Of a DNA stretch of 64,000 bases, positions 1 to 20,859 are shown one piece after another; position 1 is the first letter of the stretch, and each line of letters begins with the position of its first letter. The translations under genes and the position numbers were made by a program. The DNA comes from the human T2T-CHM13v2.0 reference genome, Homo sapiens. The stretch lies in assembly GCF_009914755.1 (NCBI RefSeq), contig NC_060928.1; one strand, given 5' to 3'. Below the pieces are notes generated by a model. That model ran no database searches. It was not told where the DNA came from and was given only the letters and a program-made list of their open reading frames with translations.

Positions 1-780
1 CTGTATAGAATGTATGTTCTATGTATATTCTATATAGAATATATATTCTATGTATATTCTATGTATATTCTATGTATATTCTATATAGTATGTATAGTCT
101 ATATAGATTCAATGTAGAATATATATTCTATATATATTCTATATGTATTCTATATAGAATATATATTCTGTAAGTATTGAATAAATATTCTATATATATT
201 CTATATGTATTCTATATATATTCTATATAAAATATAGATTCTATATATTCTATATGGAATATATATTCTATATAGAATATAGATTTTATATGGAATACAT
301 ACTCTATATAGAATATAGATTCTATATATTCTATATGGAATCTATATTCTACATAGAATATGGACTCTATATATTCTGTCTGGAATATATATTCTATATA
401 GAATATATATGGAATATATATTCTGTATAGTATATATATTCAATATATATTGAATATATATTCTATAGAGAATACATATGGAATATATATTGAATATATA
501 TTCTATAGAGAATATATGGAATATATATTGAATATATATTCTATGTAGAATATATATGGAATATATGTTGAATATATATTCTATATAGAATATATATAGT
601 ATATATATTCTATATTCTATATAGAATATTGTATATATATTCTATATTCTATATAGAATATATGTAGAATATATAGAATATAGATATATATTATATATAG
701 AATATATATTCTATGTATGTTGTATATATAGATATATATTCTATGTATGTATAATGTATATATTATATATATGAGATAGT
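1..780. repeat. AT-rich degenerate minisatellite (TATAGAA/TTCTATA-type units) running into an L1PB 3' end
   Basis: Near-pure TA/TATAGAA/TATTCTA repeats in both orientations; L1 sequence resumes directly at 781 (atactacacagccataaaaagg). Confidence 0.9.
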
Positions 781-1142
781 ATACTACACAGCCATAAAAA
801 GGAATGATTTAATAGTGTTTGCGGTGACCTCGGTGGGAATGGAGACTATTAAGTGAAGTAACTCAGGAATGGAAAACCAAATATCATACATTCTCATTGA
901 TATGTGGGAGCTAAGCTGTGAGGATGTAGAGGCATAAGAATGATACAATGGACTTTGTGTACTTGAGGGGGAAGAGTGGAAGGAGGGTGAGGGATAAAAG
1001 ACTACAAATACAGTGCAGTGTATACTGCTCAGGTGATGGGTGTCCCAAAATTTCACAAATCACCACTAAAGAATTTACTCATGTAACCAAGTACCACCTG
1101 TATGCCAATAACTTATGGAAAATAATAAATAAATAAATAAAT
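781..1142 (+). mobile_element. LINE-1 3' end, L1PB-like
   Basis: gtaactcaggaatggaaaaccaaa, ggcataagaatgatacaatggacttt and aaatcaccactaaagaa..actcatgtaacc match the recalled L1PB 3' UTR; ends in a (TAAA)n tail. Confidence 0.85.
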
Positions 1143-2019
1143 AGTATAAGTAAAATGTTACTTTGCTTCAGCGATAAAATTTAAATATTCTTGATCTGAG
1201 TGTCTACTGTGTGGATATCTTTACACTCTTTTATGCCACCCAGATGGGCAATGGAGGATATTAGAAAGTTTTGTCACATGTGTACTTGTTACATACCTGT
1301 ATAATATTTGTCTAATATATAGCAAATATTTGTTCACAGATTTTCTCCTATACAATTTTGTGTTAGTATTTTATTTGGCTAATTTTATACATTTTAATAT
1401 GTAAAATTATCACATTGCCTGATATGTGAGGGCATGTGTGTTTGTGTGTATTTGTGTCTGTGTTAGCTTGAAATTAATTAAGTAGTCTAAAATCTTTGAT
1501 TAATTTTCTAACTCTAAAATGGAGTTAACTTATACTTTAAATGGTGGTTTAGGTGGATATATTAATTGTTCATTTTAGAATATGCAATACACATCATATC
1601 TGTGGATTCCTTGAGTCATCTATGGAACACATTTATTAACAAATAGAAGTCTCATGTAACTGGTTCTGTGAGAATAAATATAAAATCTTTAATTTACTTT
1701 CATAATTGACATTGACAGCATAAAATTAAATCTTAAAATATCAGATTTGCTTGTAATTTTGACATTGTATTTTCATTATAAGACAACTTTCCTTGTACTG
1801 TAGGGATAATATTAACCAATTGATTGAAATTGTATTCCTAGCCTGAGGCTTCAAATAGTTAATTAGTAATGGAATTGACTTTATACATATTGGAACAATA
1901 GTATCTTCCATTTATTGACCATGTAGCATTTGATGTATGTAGGTAGACATGTAAACTGTACGTATTGCATGCAATTTAAATTTACAAATTAAATAGCTTT
2001 GAATGCTCATCCGAATGCT

Positions 2020-2150
2020 TAGAGAGAGATACTATTATCACTGGTTTATAAATGAAGAAGCAAAGCTTCACGGACTTTATTAGAGATAGTAAGTGGTGGA
2101 TCTAGGATTAAAGCCCAGGACTGTCTCCAAAGCACACGTATTCAGATATA
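2020..2150 (-). mobile_element. MIR fragment
   Basis: tactattatc..aaatgaagaa..agtaagtggtgga..aagcccaggactgtctccaaagc resembles antisense MIR core and 5' part. Confidence 0.55.
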
Positions 2151-3749
2151 ATGTTGTACCACAACTCTTCAGAGAAAGACAAAAGGAAAAACAAAAACCT
2201 TCAAAAAAGAAACTTTCACATCATATGAAAAAAAAAGTTTTAAAACATTTGAAAAATTTAAAACCTGCCATTTAGGACTTTGTTTTAATTAAATGTAGAC
2301 TTTTAGTAAATCTGTTAATGGTAGACATAGCTTACTTCTGAGATAGACAAAAATAAAACGAATGGTTCAACTTCCAGTGAAAAATTTCTTATTTCAACAT
2401 ATATTTAAATCATTGCTGTTTTAGCAGTTAAAATAAAAGTTCATGTCAATTTATAATAGAAACAAATACATTTGTAGGCTTTTGTAGTGGTGGTTAGAAG
2501 TTGGAGGATAGAGATGGAAGTGGATTCAAATAACTATTCTAATAAATTTTTAACTTATTACTTTTTTATTTCAGCTGAAAGTCTTATAAGATTTGTTTTG
2601 TCTTAAAATACTCTCCAAATATTTGTTTTTTTATTTTTTTTTTATTTTTTTTTTTTGTCATAGCCATGTTCTATAGAAAGCTCATGGTAACAGAAAACAT
2701 TTTAGGATACTAACTTATTGGACCATTTTTCAGTGTATGTGCATATGTGATCACAGCAATCTAGAACAAAAAGCTGAGATAAATGAAAGCTCTGGATTAT
2801 TCATAAAAGTCTGTCCTCATAATATCTGGACACACATTAAAAGCATTTCAGATGGATAGAGAAGCAGTATTAAGTCTTTTGTAAAGTACTTTATTATGAT
2901 AAAATATTCTAAGAAAATTTCATACTGTAAAAATGAAACTTGTCCATTTATAACTATAATATCAGAACTCCATAAATCACAGTGTTATGATTTTAATTTA
3001 ATGAATGTCAGAGGAATCAACAAATAATGATCAATCAATAGTGCAGAAGAAAATACATCAAAATTTCTGTATTAAATTGTAACATAATATAATTGAACAC
3101 CATATACAGACATATAATTGAACACTAGTTTTTTTGAAATTTAAACTAAATGAAACATGTTTATACCTCTAACAGAATTATGAAAATATTAAAATTTGTC
3201 ATTCCATAGTTCTCAATAACTTAGGACACATCTAAAGAAAATTTGAAATATTTGAAATTATTAAGTGAAGCCTTATGCAATTGTCATAGTCAAAAGAATT
3301 TGACTTTTAAAAATGTCATTTTTATATGGTCCAGACTAATAGAATCTGAAGTATTGAGAGGAATATCAATGTTTTACAATGAGGTGTTTAACTATTTTTT
3401 TGGCCTTGCTCCAGACAAACTAAGATAGAGAATATTGAAAAGATCCTCTGTGTATATAGAAAAAGAAAGAGAATAAGATCCACAAATTTTCAGAATTTAC
3501 ATTCTGAATCTGAGCTTCAGTTATTAAAAATATTCAATTTTATATTCTTGCATATCTGATGTAAAATCTGAACCTAAGGTAGGTAGGACACAATTGCAGA
3601 ACATCAGAATTTGATCAGAATTTGTTTCTACATACATGCTAAATATTTCTAGAAAGTTATAATCGCAGGTCTACCAAATAGAGAAAAAAAAAGAGTAGGA
3701 AAGGTAGTACAAAGAATAAAATTAAGTTTAGTAGTGTACTTGGCATTCG

Positions 3750-5154
3750 TTGTAAGTCAAAAACTGTTACAAGAAATAAGGAAAGTTATTATATATTGAT
3801 AAAAGGGCCAATCCACCAGGAAGATACAACAGTTATAATGTATGTGCACACAATATCAAAGATGTTTAATACACAAAGCAAATATTAACAGAACTTAAGT
3901 GAGAAATAGATGGAAATACAATAACAGAGGACTTCAATACTCCATTTTCAATAATGGATAGAATATGCAAGCAGAAAATTGATAAAGAAACAGGAGACCC
4001 GAATAACGTTATTGATCAAATGCAAATAACATACTTATCCAGAACATTCCACCAAACAGCGGCAGAATATACATTCTTTTTGAGTGCACACAAAACATTC
4101 TCCAGGATAGATTACATGTTAAGTCATAAAACAAATCATAACAACTCAAGATGATTAAAATTATGCCAATCTTTTCCAATCACAACGAAGTAAAACTAGA
4201 ACTCAATAGCAGAAGTAAAACTAAAAAAATTACAAATGTGTAGGAATTTTATAAGATTCTATTGAGCAATATATGGGTTAAAGAAGAATGAAAGAAAGAA
4301 AATACCTTGAGAAAAATAGAAATGAAAAGATATGAAAACTTATATGATGGAACAAAAACAGTACTAAAAAGGAAGCTTATTATGAGAATGCCTACATTAG
4401 AAAAAGAAAGATCTCAAACAACCAATCTAAATCTATCCTTCAAATAAATAGAAAAATTAAAGCAAACTCAAATTACCAGAGGAAAAATATAATGAAGATT
4501 AGAGAACAAAGCAATTACATCAAACATATAAAAACAATTTTAAAATCTATAAAAAGTTATTTTTTAAAAAATAAACAAGGTAGACAAATGGTTAGCAATA
4601 ATAGCTAAAAACAAACAAACAAAAAAGATAAGACTCAAAATCAGAAAAGAAAGGAAATACATTACAATTGATGCCACTAAAATATAAAAGAATCACAGGA
4701 GACAACTATGAGCACCCATATGACAATGAATTGTATAACCAAGAAAAGTAGAAAAATCCCTAGAAACATAAACCTACCTGAGTCAAAATGAAATAGAAAA
4801 TTTGAATAGATCTGTAATTAGTGGGGAGATAAAATCAGTAACCAAATGCATCCTTCTAACAAAGAAAAGTCAAGGACCAAATAATTAACTGGTGAATTGT
4901 GTGAAACATTTAAAAAAGAATTAACACCAGTTCTTCTAAAACTCTTCTTCCAAAGAGTTGCAGAGAATAAAACACATTCAAACTCATTTTCTGAGTTCAG
5001 CAATATCATGATATCAAAACCAGACAGATACCACAAAAAAGAAAAGGCTAGGTCAATATTCGTCATGAATATAAATTCAAAAACTCTCAGCAAAATACTA
5101 GCAAACTGAATTCACCAGGAAACTTAAAATATTAAATGTCATGAACAAGTAAGA

Positions 5155-5157
<3 letters not shown>
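3750..5157 (+). mobile_element. Old LINE-1 (L1MA/L1MB-like), degenerate ORF2 endonuclease-to-RT part; left piece
   Basis: ORF fragments AEYTFFLSAHKTFSRIDYMLSHK and TFKKELTPVLLKLF..NINSKTLSKILAN are ORF2 homologues with many frameshifts. Confidence 0.9.
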
Positions 5158-11480
<6,323 letters not shown>

Positions 11481-11964
11481 ACACAGAGATATTTATAAAA
11501 TTATATTGTAGCTGTTATTAATTAATATATAGAACAGTATATTTAATTTTTCATAGCAATAAATTGTGCCATAGTACACTTTTTATATATCTAAGCATAA
11601 AGTGTTACTTGATTGGTTGAAATTTGAGTCCTCCAATTGTGATATAGTCTAATCAGAAACACTTCTAATTAATGAAAACAAACTACTGTCTCCCCATTGT
11701 ATTCATTTTAGTCACAGGCAGACTAATTGCTATTATACAGATAAGAATACTCAAGGAAATGTAAATAAAACATATTTGTATTTTCTTGTATTATAGTTTA
11801 TGATAAAATAACTAGATTTTTATTTTATAATTTTTTTGATTCTTAAAAGGTAATTTCACATTCATGAACACTACAAAATATTTCAAAAGTGAACTTTCCT
11901 AGTATACTATCTCAGTATTAAAGCTTGTTATCCATATTTATCAGAGTTAACAAAGCTTTGGGTC

Positions 11965-12200
11965 ATTTATTCCTTTTTCAACAAATGGATCTTGAGTCTT
12001 AGATGTGTGCAGCATGTGTCAAGTGCTAGAGATTAAGCGATCAACAAGATGCAGTCTCCACTCTCAAATAATTTAACGTCTAAATCAGCCAGGCATAAAA
12101 TTTAACAGTGTGGGATACAGATACATGGTAGGCTACTCTGGTAGATTTGGGAGAGTCTCTAAATGAAGTTACATATAATTGAGAGGTCCTGAACACAAAT
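11965..12200 (-). mobile_element. L2 3' fragment
   Basis: ttcaacaaat..tgtgtgcagc..gtgctagagat..aacaagatgcagtctcc resembles the antisense L2 3' end. Confidence 0.55.
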
Positions 12201-12360
12201 GGATTGCTTCTTTTTACATATATTATTCTCTTTCTTTTGATCCTAAGAATCTTCTGTAGTCTCTTACATCTTATAAAACCCTTTATGTAATCCTAAATTG
12301 ATTTTTTGTGACTCAACAGTTTCCTTTGTAGCTAAACTAATTCGAAGAGCAGTCTGCATT

Positions 12361-14295
12361 CAGTTTGAGCATTCCTGATTCAAAAATCTGAAATCCATTG
12401 TGCTCCATAATCTAAAACCTTTTGAGTGCCAACATAACATTAGAAGTTAAAAATTTTACACCTGACCTCATGTGACAGGTTACCATACAAATGCAGGCAC
12501 AAAAACATATAGCATATTCAGTGTCCTTAAGGAGAAAAAAAAAGACCCTACCATCCTCTTTCAGCTGCAATATCACTTTTTATTCCATGCTTATATTCCC
12601 CTGAACTAGCACACTGAACAAGGATAGAAAATTGTACGTGACAGGCCAGATGAATCTACATCTACAGGTTCCCTACAATATCCCACATGGGTCCAAGACC
12701 TGCATGCATTACTCACTGTGATTTTTCTTATTCTCTGTTCAGTGGTGTAAATATATGGTTAAAAATATCGAAAAGGCCTACAGATGTTGGAGAAACTGGG
12801 CAGCAGTGTAAGTCTGAAATATCTTACATAAAAGTATATTGTTGGAATTACCACCATATATGACAAAAAGAAACAGAAGTATAAGAGTCTATGATGGAAG
12901 TTCATGGAAAATAGAAAAACACTGTATAAAGCTAAAAATGAATATCTCAATTGTGTATTAAAAGAGTGGATCTACTGGCATCAACGTGAGCACAAGTCAG
13001 TTAATGGTATGCTGATCATAAAACAAAGATTTATTATAATAAACTAAAAATCAAATAAACCTCTGAATGTTCAGTAGGCTGACTGTAAAAATTTAAGAAA
13101 AGACATGGGATTAAACTTTTTAAACTTTGTGGTGATAAAGCATTTCCTGATCGAAGATAAGCAGAGAAATTCATCAATTAGTTTGCCAAGGTCACCGGTG
13201 ATGAAAATTTGATGATGCCAGAACAAGTCTATAATACTAATGAAACATCATTATTTTGGTAGTATTTCTCCAGAAAGACACTGAATACAGCTGATGAGTC
13301 AGGCCTTACAGGAATTAAGTATGCCAAGGACAGAATAACTCTGCTGGAAGATGCTAATGTAGCAGGAACTCATAAGTATAAACCTGACTCACTGTTATAG
13401 GCAAAAGCTTGTGTCTTCTGCTTTCAAGCAGTGAATTTCTTACTAGTCTATTATTATTCTAACAATAAGGCATAAGTCATCAGGCATATCTTTTTGGATT
13501 GGTGTCACAAACATTTTGTACCAGTGACTGGTACTCACTGCGGGGAAGCTAGACTGAATGAAGAGCGCAAGATTGTGCTATTTCTTCAAACTCTTCTGCT
13601 TATTCTCCAACTGACATTTTTATTAAAATAATGTTCATGCCATGCACTTTCCCCAAACAGTGACTTCATTAATTCAGACATGTGACCAAGGGATTCTTAG
13701 ATCAATGAAGGGTAAATAGAAAAATACTTTCTTGAACAGCGTGCTAGCAGCAATGAACAGAGCCATGAGTGTAGACGTTTTCGGAAGAACTCTAATATAA
13801 AGGATGCTGTATTTGTTTTTGCCAATGCTTGGAACACAGTGACTAAAGACACAGTCCTGCATGCCTGGCACAACCTCTGTGTTGCGGCTATGTTCAGGGA
13901 TAATGATGAACAAGGAAATAAAAATGATGTCTGACCTCCCTACACATGCAAAAAAATAAAATTTTCGATGACATGGTGAAAAAGTGTAATGGGCTTGTTA
14001 AAGAAATACAGTATCATGCACTCATGACAGAAAAAGAAATCGTGTCAGTTTATAAAATCAAAGATAGACTTCTGAGACAAAAAAAAAAAGTTGTTAATGA
14101 TGCAGATAACTCTAGAAGTAACATTTCAAAAGCCCATCAGCAGAGTGCTTTCTACTCCAAGGGTCCGAGAGGACCCACTTCCTGGCCCCTCAACTCTTTC
14201 TGATGTTTCTTATCACCTAAAAAGATAAAATACAGAGTCCAGTAACCTTTTAAACAAAACACAGAATCATAGGTAGAAATGTTAGTAAAAGTCTC
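12361..14295 (+). mobile_element. Tigger4 (Zombi) pogo-family DNA transposon with decayed transposase; right end missing
   Basis: Left TIR-like cagtttgagcattcctgattcaaaaatctgaaatcc, then cacctgacctcatgtgac. Transposase remnants EQVYNTNETSLFW (13221) and LIQTCDQGILRSMK (~13669). Confidence 0.85.
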
Positions 14296-14984
14296 ATTGC
14301 TTTTCTTAGATATATATGTACTCATTTCTAATTTTTCTGTGACAGTTTGACAGATTCCCAAAGCTATCATTCTCAGGCTTCCCTTTGTAATCTTCTGAAG
14401 TACTAAGATTTTATATTTCCTGTGTTTATTACGCTGTGTCTGGGAAACAATACCTCCCTCTTTTCTTGGTCATTCCTCCATGTTTACAGAGTGAATCATT
14501 CAGTAACTTTTTATTTAATGTCTGAAAGTATTTGTAGTCTATCTTCATATTTTACATATAGTATATCTGGGTATAAAACTCCAGTTTAGATATCAATTTT
14601 ACTGAAAATATTGATGTCTTTACTCTATTGTCTCTAACCCTCAATACTTTGGTTGAGAAGTTTACTTTTAATATATGGTGAACTTATTGGTTGAGACAAT
14701 TTTTCTTCTTTAGGAAGGTCTGAGGAAAGAGAAAGAAGTAGGTGAGAAACATATCTTTCTAGAAACTTCTTTGTTAAGTTCTTCGGTGATATCCTAGTTC
14801 TACAGCACATCCTTGTCTTCTATAGTATTTGTTGTTTTTAGCACCCTGTATTTGCTCAAGTTCTTTGCAGTCATATAAGCTTATTTCAGTAAGGATCTGC
14901 ACCACTCTTAGGCAATTATTACTCATTTAACTGTAGCCTATCTGCCAAAAGTATATTAAAAATTAAAATCTCTTTTTATACAAT

Positions 14985-15300
14985 GATATTTTTGAGGTAT
15001 ATGATTTAAATTCATTGAAATACATACATTAAAGTGTATAGTTTAATAACTTTTGAAAATATATGCGTCTTATAACCACCATTGAAACACTGCATAGACT
15101 ATTTCAATCACAAAAGATGTTTCCTTTGATGTAATCACCTTCCAACTTAAGCAATCACTGATGAGTTTTATATTTGTATATACTTACTCTGTCTGTCTTA
15201 GAAAATAATATAAATTAAATTTTATACTATGATTTTTTTCAAGTTTTTTGGAAAGCTAAATATTTTGTGAGATGTCTATGTTGTGAGATGTCTATGCTAC
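14985..15300 (-). mobile_element. Old L1ME-like 3' fragment
   Basis: ttttgaggtata..aagtgtatagtttaataacttttgaaaatat..taaccaccat resembles an antisense L1ME 3' end. Confidence 0.55.
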
Positions 15301-17299
15301 ATATAGCCTTTGTATTTATCAAAATGGGGTAGATACTGGATAAGTTTTACTCCTGATAACCCATAAAAACAATTTCCAAGATCATAAAAGAAGTAATCAT
15401 CTGGGACAATAGAGAATGCATTATATAATGTTACCTTTCATGATTCTTCTCACTAGATTTCTTTCAATATGACATAAAAATTAAAAAATAAAACTATGGC
15501 TAAAACATTGCATTATTTAAGCATAGTTATGACTTATTTATATCAAAGGTATGCTTTTGACTGGGTGTAAAACATATCTTTACATCACTGTAAATTTATT
15601 GTTATCTTATTCTGACCAAATATTGAAAACTATGCAATGTACAATATTCTACATATGAGAAAAACAACTTAGTAAGAAATCGGATCCTACCAGATTTCAA
15701 AAGTCAAATCCTGGCTGGGGTGATGTGATGACATTTCTTCTAGCAATAGCTAAGACAACAGTGGGTTAATGTATTTGCACTGGGCACAATGTTAGGGGAA
15801 CACTAATTTAATTACTGTCTTAAAGTATGGGGTATCCCATGATTTTATTTGCATTGGCCTAGAACATGAGTGACTTGTATTCTAGACCCAGTGCTTACAT
15901 TTATTAACTAGGGAAAAAACCCAGGTTGCCTCTTCAGTGAGGCATTGATTATAATCCTCTAAAGTTTTCATTTTTATTTTCAAGATTTTGATCAAGTTCA
16001 TGGCTGAAGAAATGTATACATAAGGAAATTTTAAAGACATTCTCTTGACAGAAAAATAGTGGTAGATGATAAGGAGAAGACAAATGGAAACAGAAATCAA
16101 GGATAATGATGTTACATTTTAAATATGATGGCTACTAACAAAATACCCTAGAAAACATAGAAATAAGAGAAAGTCTTGTGTAACCTGGCAGAATTGCTAG
16201 GAAATGATTTAAATAAAGTACAGTTTTCAAACTGCATTAAATATGAACACATATTTACCTGTTTTAGACGAATGAGGTTGTAAACTCACTAGGCATTTTC
16301 TTTACCATTAATTTTTAAACTTAATAATCAACCATAATTGGTTTAAAATACAAGGGAATAAATTTGATGTTCCTCAGTTGGCACCAGTTTTGTAGTATGG
16401 TATCCGACTAATAGACTAAAACAATAGATTAAATTTTTAATGAAGTTAAAAACAAGTGAAAGACTATCATCTGTGTCAATGGCAGATTTTCTGAAATTTT
16501 GATATTTTTGTGGTTACAGCATACCTAACAGCTAAGTTGAGCATGACTTAGTGGGAAGGGAAGTTAAAAAAATTACTCTGTAAATTTATTTTATTTTGAA
16601 GACAATTTATTTGAGTGGGACTCAATGAATATTTTCCATATAAAGTTCTTTTTCTTAATAGAGAAGAAGAAAGTATCTCACTCCACTTCAATTGCCATAG
16701 GGCCACTTGTTTACATATTGACTTTCACATTTTTGTTACATTACTTTGTTTTTTTAATTGTTAGTATATTATGAATAAGTAATGAAATTCAGCTCATAAG
16801 GTTTACATATAAAGTTATTACTCCTAAGTAGGCTAAATTTGCATTTTTTAATTATTCAGGTTGCTTACCAATGTAAATGACATTTTAAGTATTAATGATA
16901 TTGATGTGCTACAGTGCTTTTAATTTTGTTTTTAATTTTTTTGTTTTACAAAAAAAAATCCCACTTATTTACAGGATAAGAAATGAAGGCTCTCAGAGTA
17001 CTTGTGGGTGTTTAGAACGTAAAGATCTCAAGTGTGCATATGAAAGAATCAAGTATATTTTACATAAGACATATGCATAAACACTTCATACAGAATTATT
17101 TACTTGAATAATTGCTTTATTTCTTTAGTTCAATAAATTTAAGCTCTTTTCCCTCTTGATGACATCCCCTTAGAAAGACAATTTGGTCATTGAAGGGATA
17201 TTTGCATAACAAAAGAATCTCTCTATTAAAGTAAATTAAAATGCTCCCAGATGTAATTTTCTCATATCAGATTTGTAATGTAACATTTTACTCCAGCTG

Positions 17300-18250
17300 C
17301 GTATGTGAAGTAGATATTACATAAAGTAAGATCATCTGAGTGAGTATTAGGAAACGATTACAGTAGTTCAGTTAGGAGATGACAATAAATTGAACTATGG
17401 TTGTGGCAATAGAAATGGCCAGAGGTGTCCAGATTAAAAAGATGATTGGAGAATAAATTCATAGTACTTTCCACATAAGGAGAGAGTGAAAAAGAGTGGT
17501 AGATGTCAAAGAATACATTCAGATTTCTGGCTTGCACAACAAGCTTGTATCATTCCCTGGAATAGAAAACATGGAGAAATGTTAGGTTTGGGGGAGAAAC
17601 CTAAAGTGTTTTTAATTTTAAGACTTGTTGAATTTGAAGTATTATCGAAACATGGAGGAAATAGGTTGTTTCTAAAGTGTTTGAAGCTAATGATGTAAAT
17701 GTGAGAAATATGTGGATATGTCAAGTCACCTAAGAAACGAGTATATAACATATTGACAACTAGGTCCTAGGAAAGTATTCTGAAGAAACAACTGCGATGT
17801 TTGTCAGAGCCTAGTGGGGAAAGATTAACAGGCAAAGGAGATTGAGAACAACAACAACAACAACAAAGGAGAAGAGGCACTTCAAGAATTCAAAACCGTA
17901 TGTGGTAAAAATATAGATGCATGCAAAATAAAAACGCAAATCTAATAAAGGTATGGTTGACTCATTGATCATTGAATCAATTGAATCCATTGATCATTGA
18001 ATCAATTGAAATACGTGTACCTCTGAAGAGAGAGAAGCCTCTGATGAGATTATGTGGTGTTTATGTTTGAAAATCAGCAGGATTTGCCTGTATGACAAGG
18101 TGGGAAAGTAATTAAAGAAGAATGAGCAGTGCATGCAAGGGCACAGACTAGACAAGGACGAGACTCAGATCAAGGAAACAGAGAGGTAGTTTCACTTTTG
18201 TTTGTGAAGAATTTTGAAGCCAGAGGGAGTATGGTAGAAACTGTAAAGCT
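17300..18250 (-). mobile_element. L2 fragments
   Basis: ttaggaaacgattacagtagttcagttaggagatga, tcaaagaatacattcagatttctggctt and gttgaatttgaagt are typical antisense L2. Confidence 0.65.
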
Positions 18251-19973
18251 CTTTACTACCAAGGTGACCAAAATATTAGCATCTAAATTCATGATTTCCT
18301 TCTTCATCTCCTTATAATATATGCAGTTAAAAGAGTGATGAATCCCACCTTTGTATGTACTTTTAAACACAACGTTGATACTACATTCAAGATACAGCTC
18401 TGGAAAATGTAAATAAATAGGTATATAAAAAACAGGCAATACGTAAAGCCCAGCTGGATTGCTGTCTGTGATCAACTATCATTGCAAAACTTAGTATCTT
18501 TACATATGTAAAGAAGGCCAGATATAGGCTTTGAAAACCTCATCTTCATTGTATTATATTAGGGACCATTAATTTAGCTTCTAGCTTGCAGAGTAGATTA
18601 AGTCTTCAATCCATTGTTTCCCACTTAGCATGAAACCAAGAAGTTTAAATGCGTTTCTGCAAATTATTTTCAAATGCGCGGACAAGAAATATAGACGAAA
18701 TCCATAGCTTATGGATATTAAAAATACATACAAAATATATGTAATAATTAGTTACCAATATATGAAGAAATAGCTCATTGAAGAGCTGCTAGAAAAAAAA
18801 CCTGCTCAGAAATAATTTATTTTAATATATTACATATTTTAAAAAATGTTTTCCTCTCTCATTCTTTATTAATAGCGATATTTGCATTCAAATAGAGATC
18901 ATTTGATTTTAGGAATTCATCTGCTCCTGCTGTTTGTTCTCCACCTACTATTTAATCCTCAGTTTACAGCACAACTATTGGTTGCAGTGAAAATGATTAG
19001 GATGTCACTAAAGTTTATGCCTTCAGGTAAGAAATATGCTACATTTTAAGGGCAGTACAACTGGGAAACTAATGTTTTATACTTATTCAAATTGTTTCAA
19101 ATTAAAATAAGCAAGGGCTGAGAAATTTAAGAAAAATGATACATTGCTTTATTCTAACTAAAATATCTCTGTATAATATATAGCTTTTTACAACGTGCCA
19201 CCTGCTCTCCAGAAACATAATAGCAATATGATAGACATGCTAAAATAATTGCCTTAGAAACCCCACAAATTGCAGAGCTATGAGATCAGCATGTTGACAA
19301 TACCTTTCTATTGCTCTACTGAACATGTAAATCCCTGTTTATGGGACTGGGAATTACTATTTACTAGAAGTGAATATAAATTAATCAGAGTAATTCTGCA
19401 CAGGATTGATATATGGAGGCTTTACATATTACATATTTGCCAGAATGCAGACTATTATACTTCTTGTGTCTGTAATCAGCAGAGATTTAGTTCAGGGAGA
19501 GAAACTGTGACTAGAGCTCTATGTTGTATTGCCTTGTGACAAAGTCAAATGTTACAATGTGCTCCATTTCAAGTGCAAAGCTACCAATGTAATAACAATG
19601 TTACTGTTCTAAACAATATGTTCTTAGAGTTATTGTAGAACAATGGAAATGCCTGCCTTAATAGTATTTGGCAAAATAAATGACAGCTAGACAATTTAAA
19701 ATTCTGATTGAGTGTGACACTCAGAAAAGAAATCAAGAACAAAATGTGTTTCTGTTAGTTTGAATATAAAGAAAGTGCTGGTGGGTGGAGAGCATTTGAA
19801 AGAGGATAGATTTTAGAATAGAATAGGTAGGTCTCCAGGTTTAGATAAAGGGTATTTCTGAAGATAAGGGGGAAAAAGGAGTGCTGTTCACAATCAGTTA
19901 TGACAATTTTTGTAAAACTTATTGAAGGTAGGAAAAAGGTAGGGAAAAAAAACCTTTTACTTTGGGTTGATAA

Positions 19974-20301
<328 letters not shown>

Positions 20302-20859
20302 TCTCTCTGTCTCTTTCTTTCTGTGGCAATAACTGGGTTACTTTTGGTAACAATATTTTTTACCTTACAATGGAAGAATTTGTAAATATATTTATTTTAT
20401 TTCTATGTACAGTTCAAGAACTGGGAGTCTTGTCTAAGTTTATTCTTAGATAAATATTTTACAAACTATGAATTATAACTCCATTAATGGGTTATAAATC
20501 AAATTACTGGTATTGACAAGTATATTAGGTAATCAGATTGAATGAAATAAAGTACAAAAGAATATGTCAAGATATAAAACAAGGAATAAGTATAATTTCA
20601 TTTCATCAATATTTTGTTTCAGTTTTTGCATATGAGTATGTTTGGATATGATAGGGGTGGAAAGATCATAAATAGTATGAATTTTTAAATTATATGTTAT
20701 GGCCAAAAGATAGGAGGTCATTGGTAAAGAAAATCATATGAATGTGTACAACAAGAAGTATTGAAATGACAATAATTATAAACAATTTAAATATTTATAA
20801 ACAGAATGTTAGATACATATATATGAGTTACATATTAATATAATTGAGCATATACAATG

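Noticed and set aside
12790-14203. Domesticated TIGD/JRK-like gene
   Set aside because: Multiple stops and frameshifts; the longest ORF is 85 aa.
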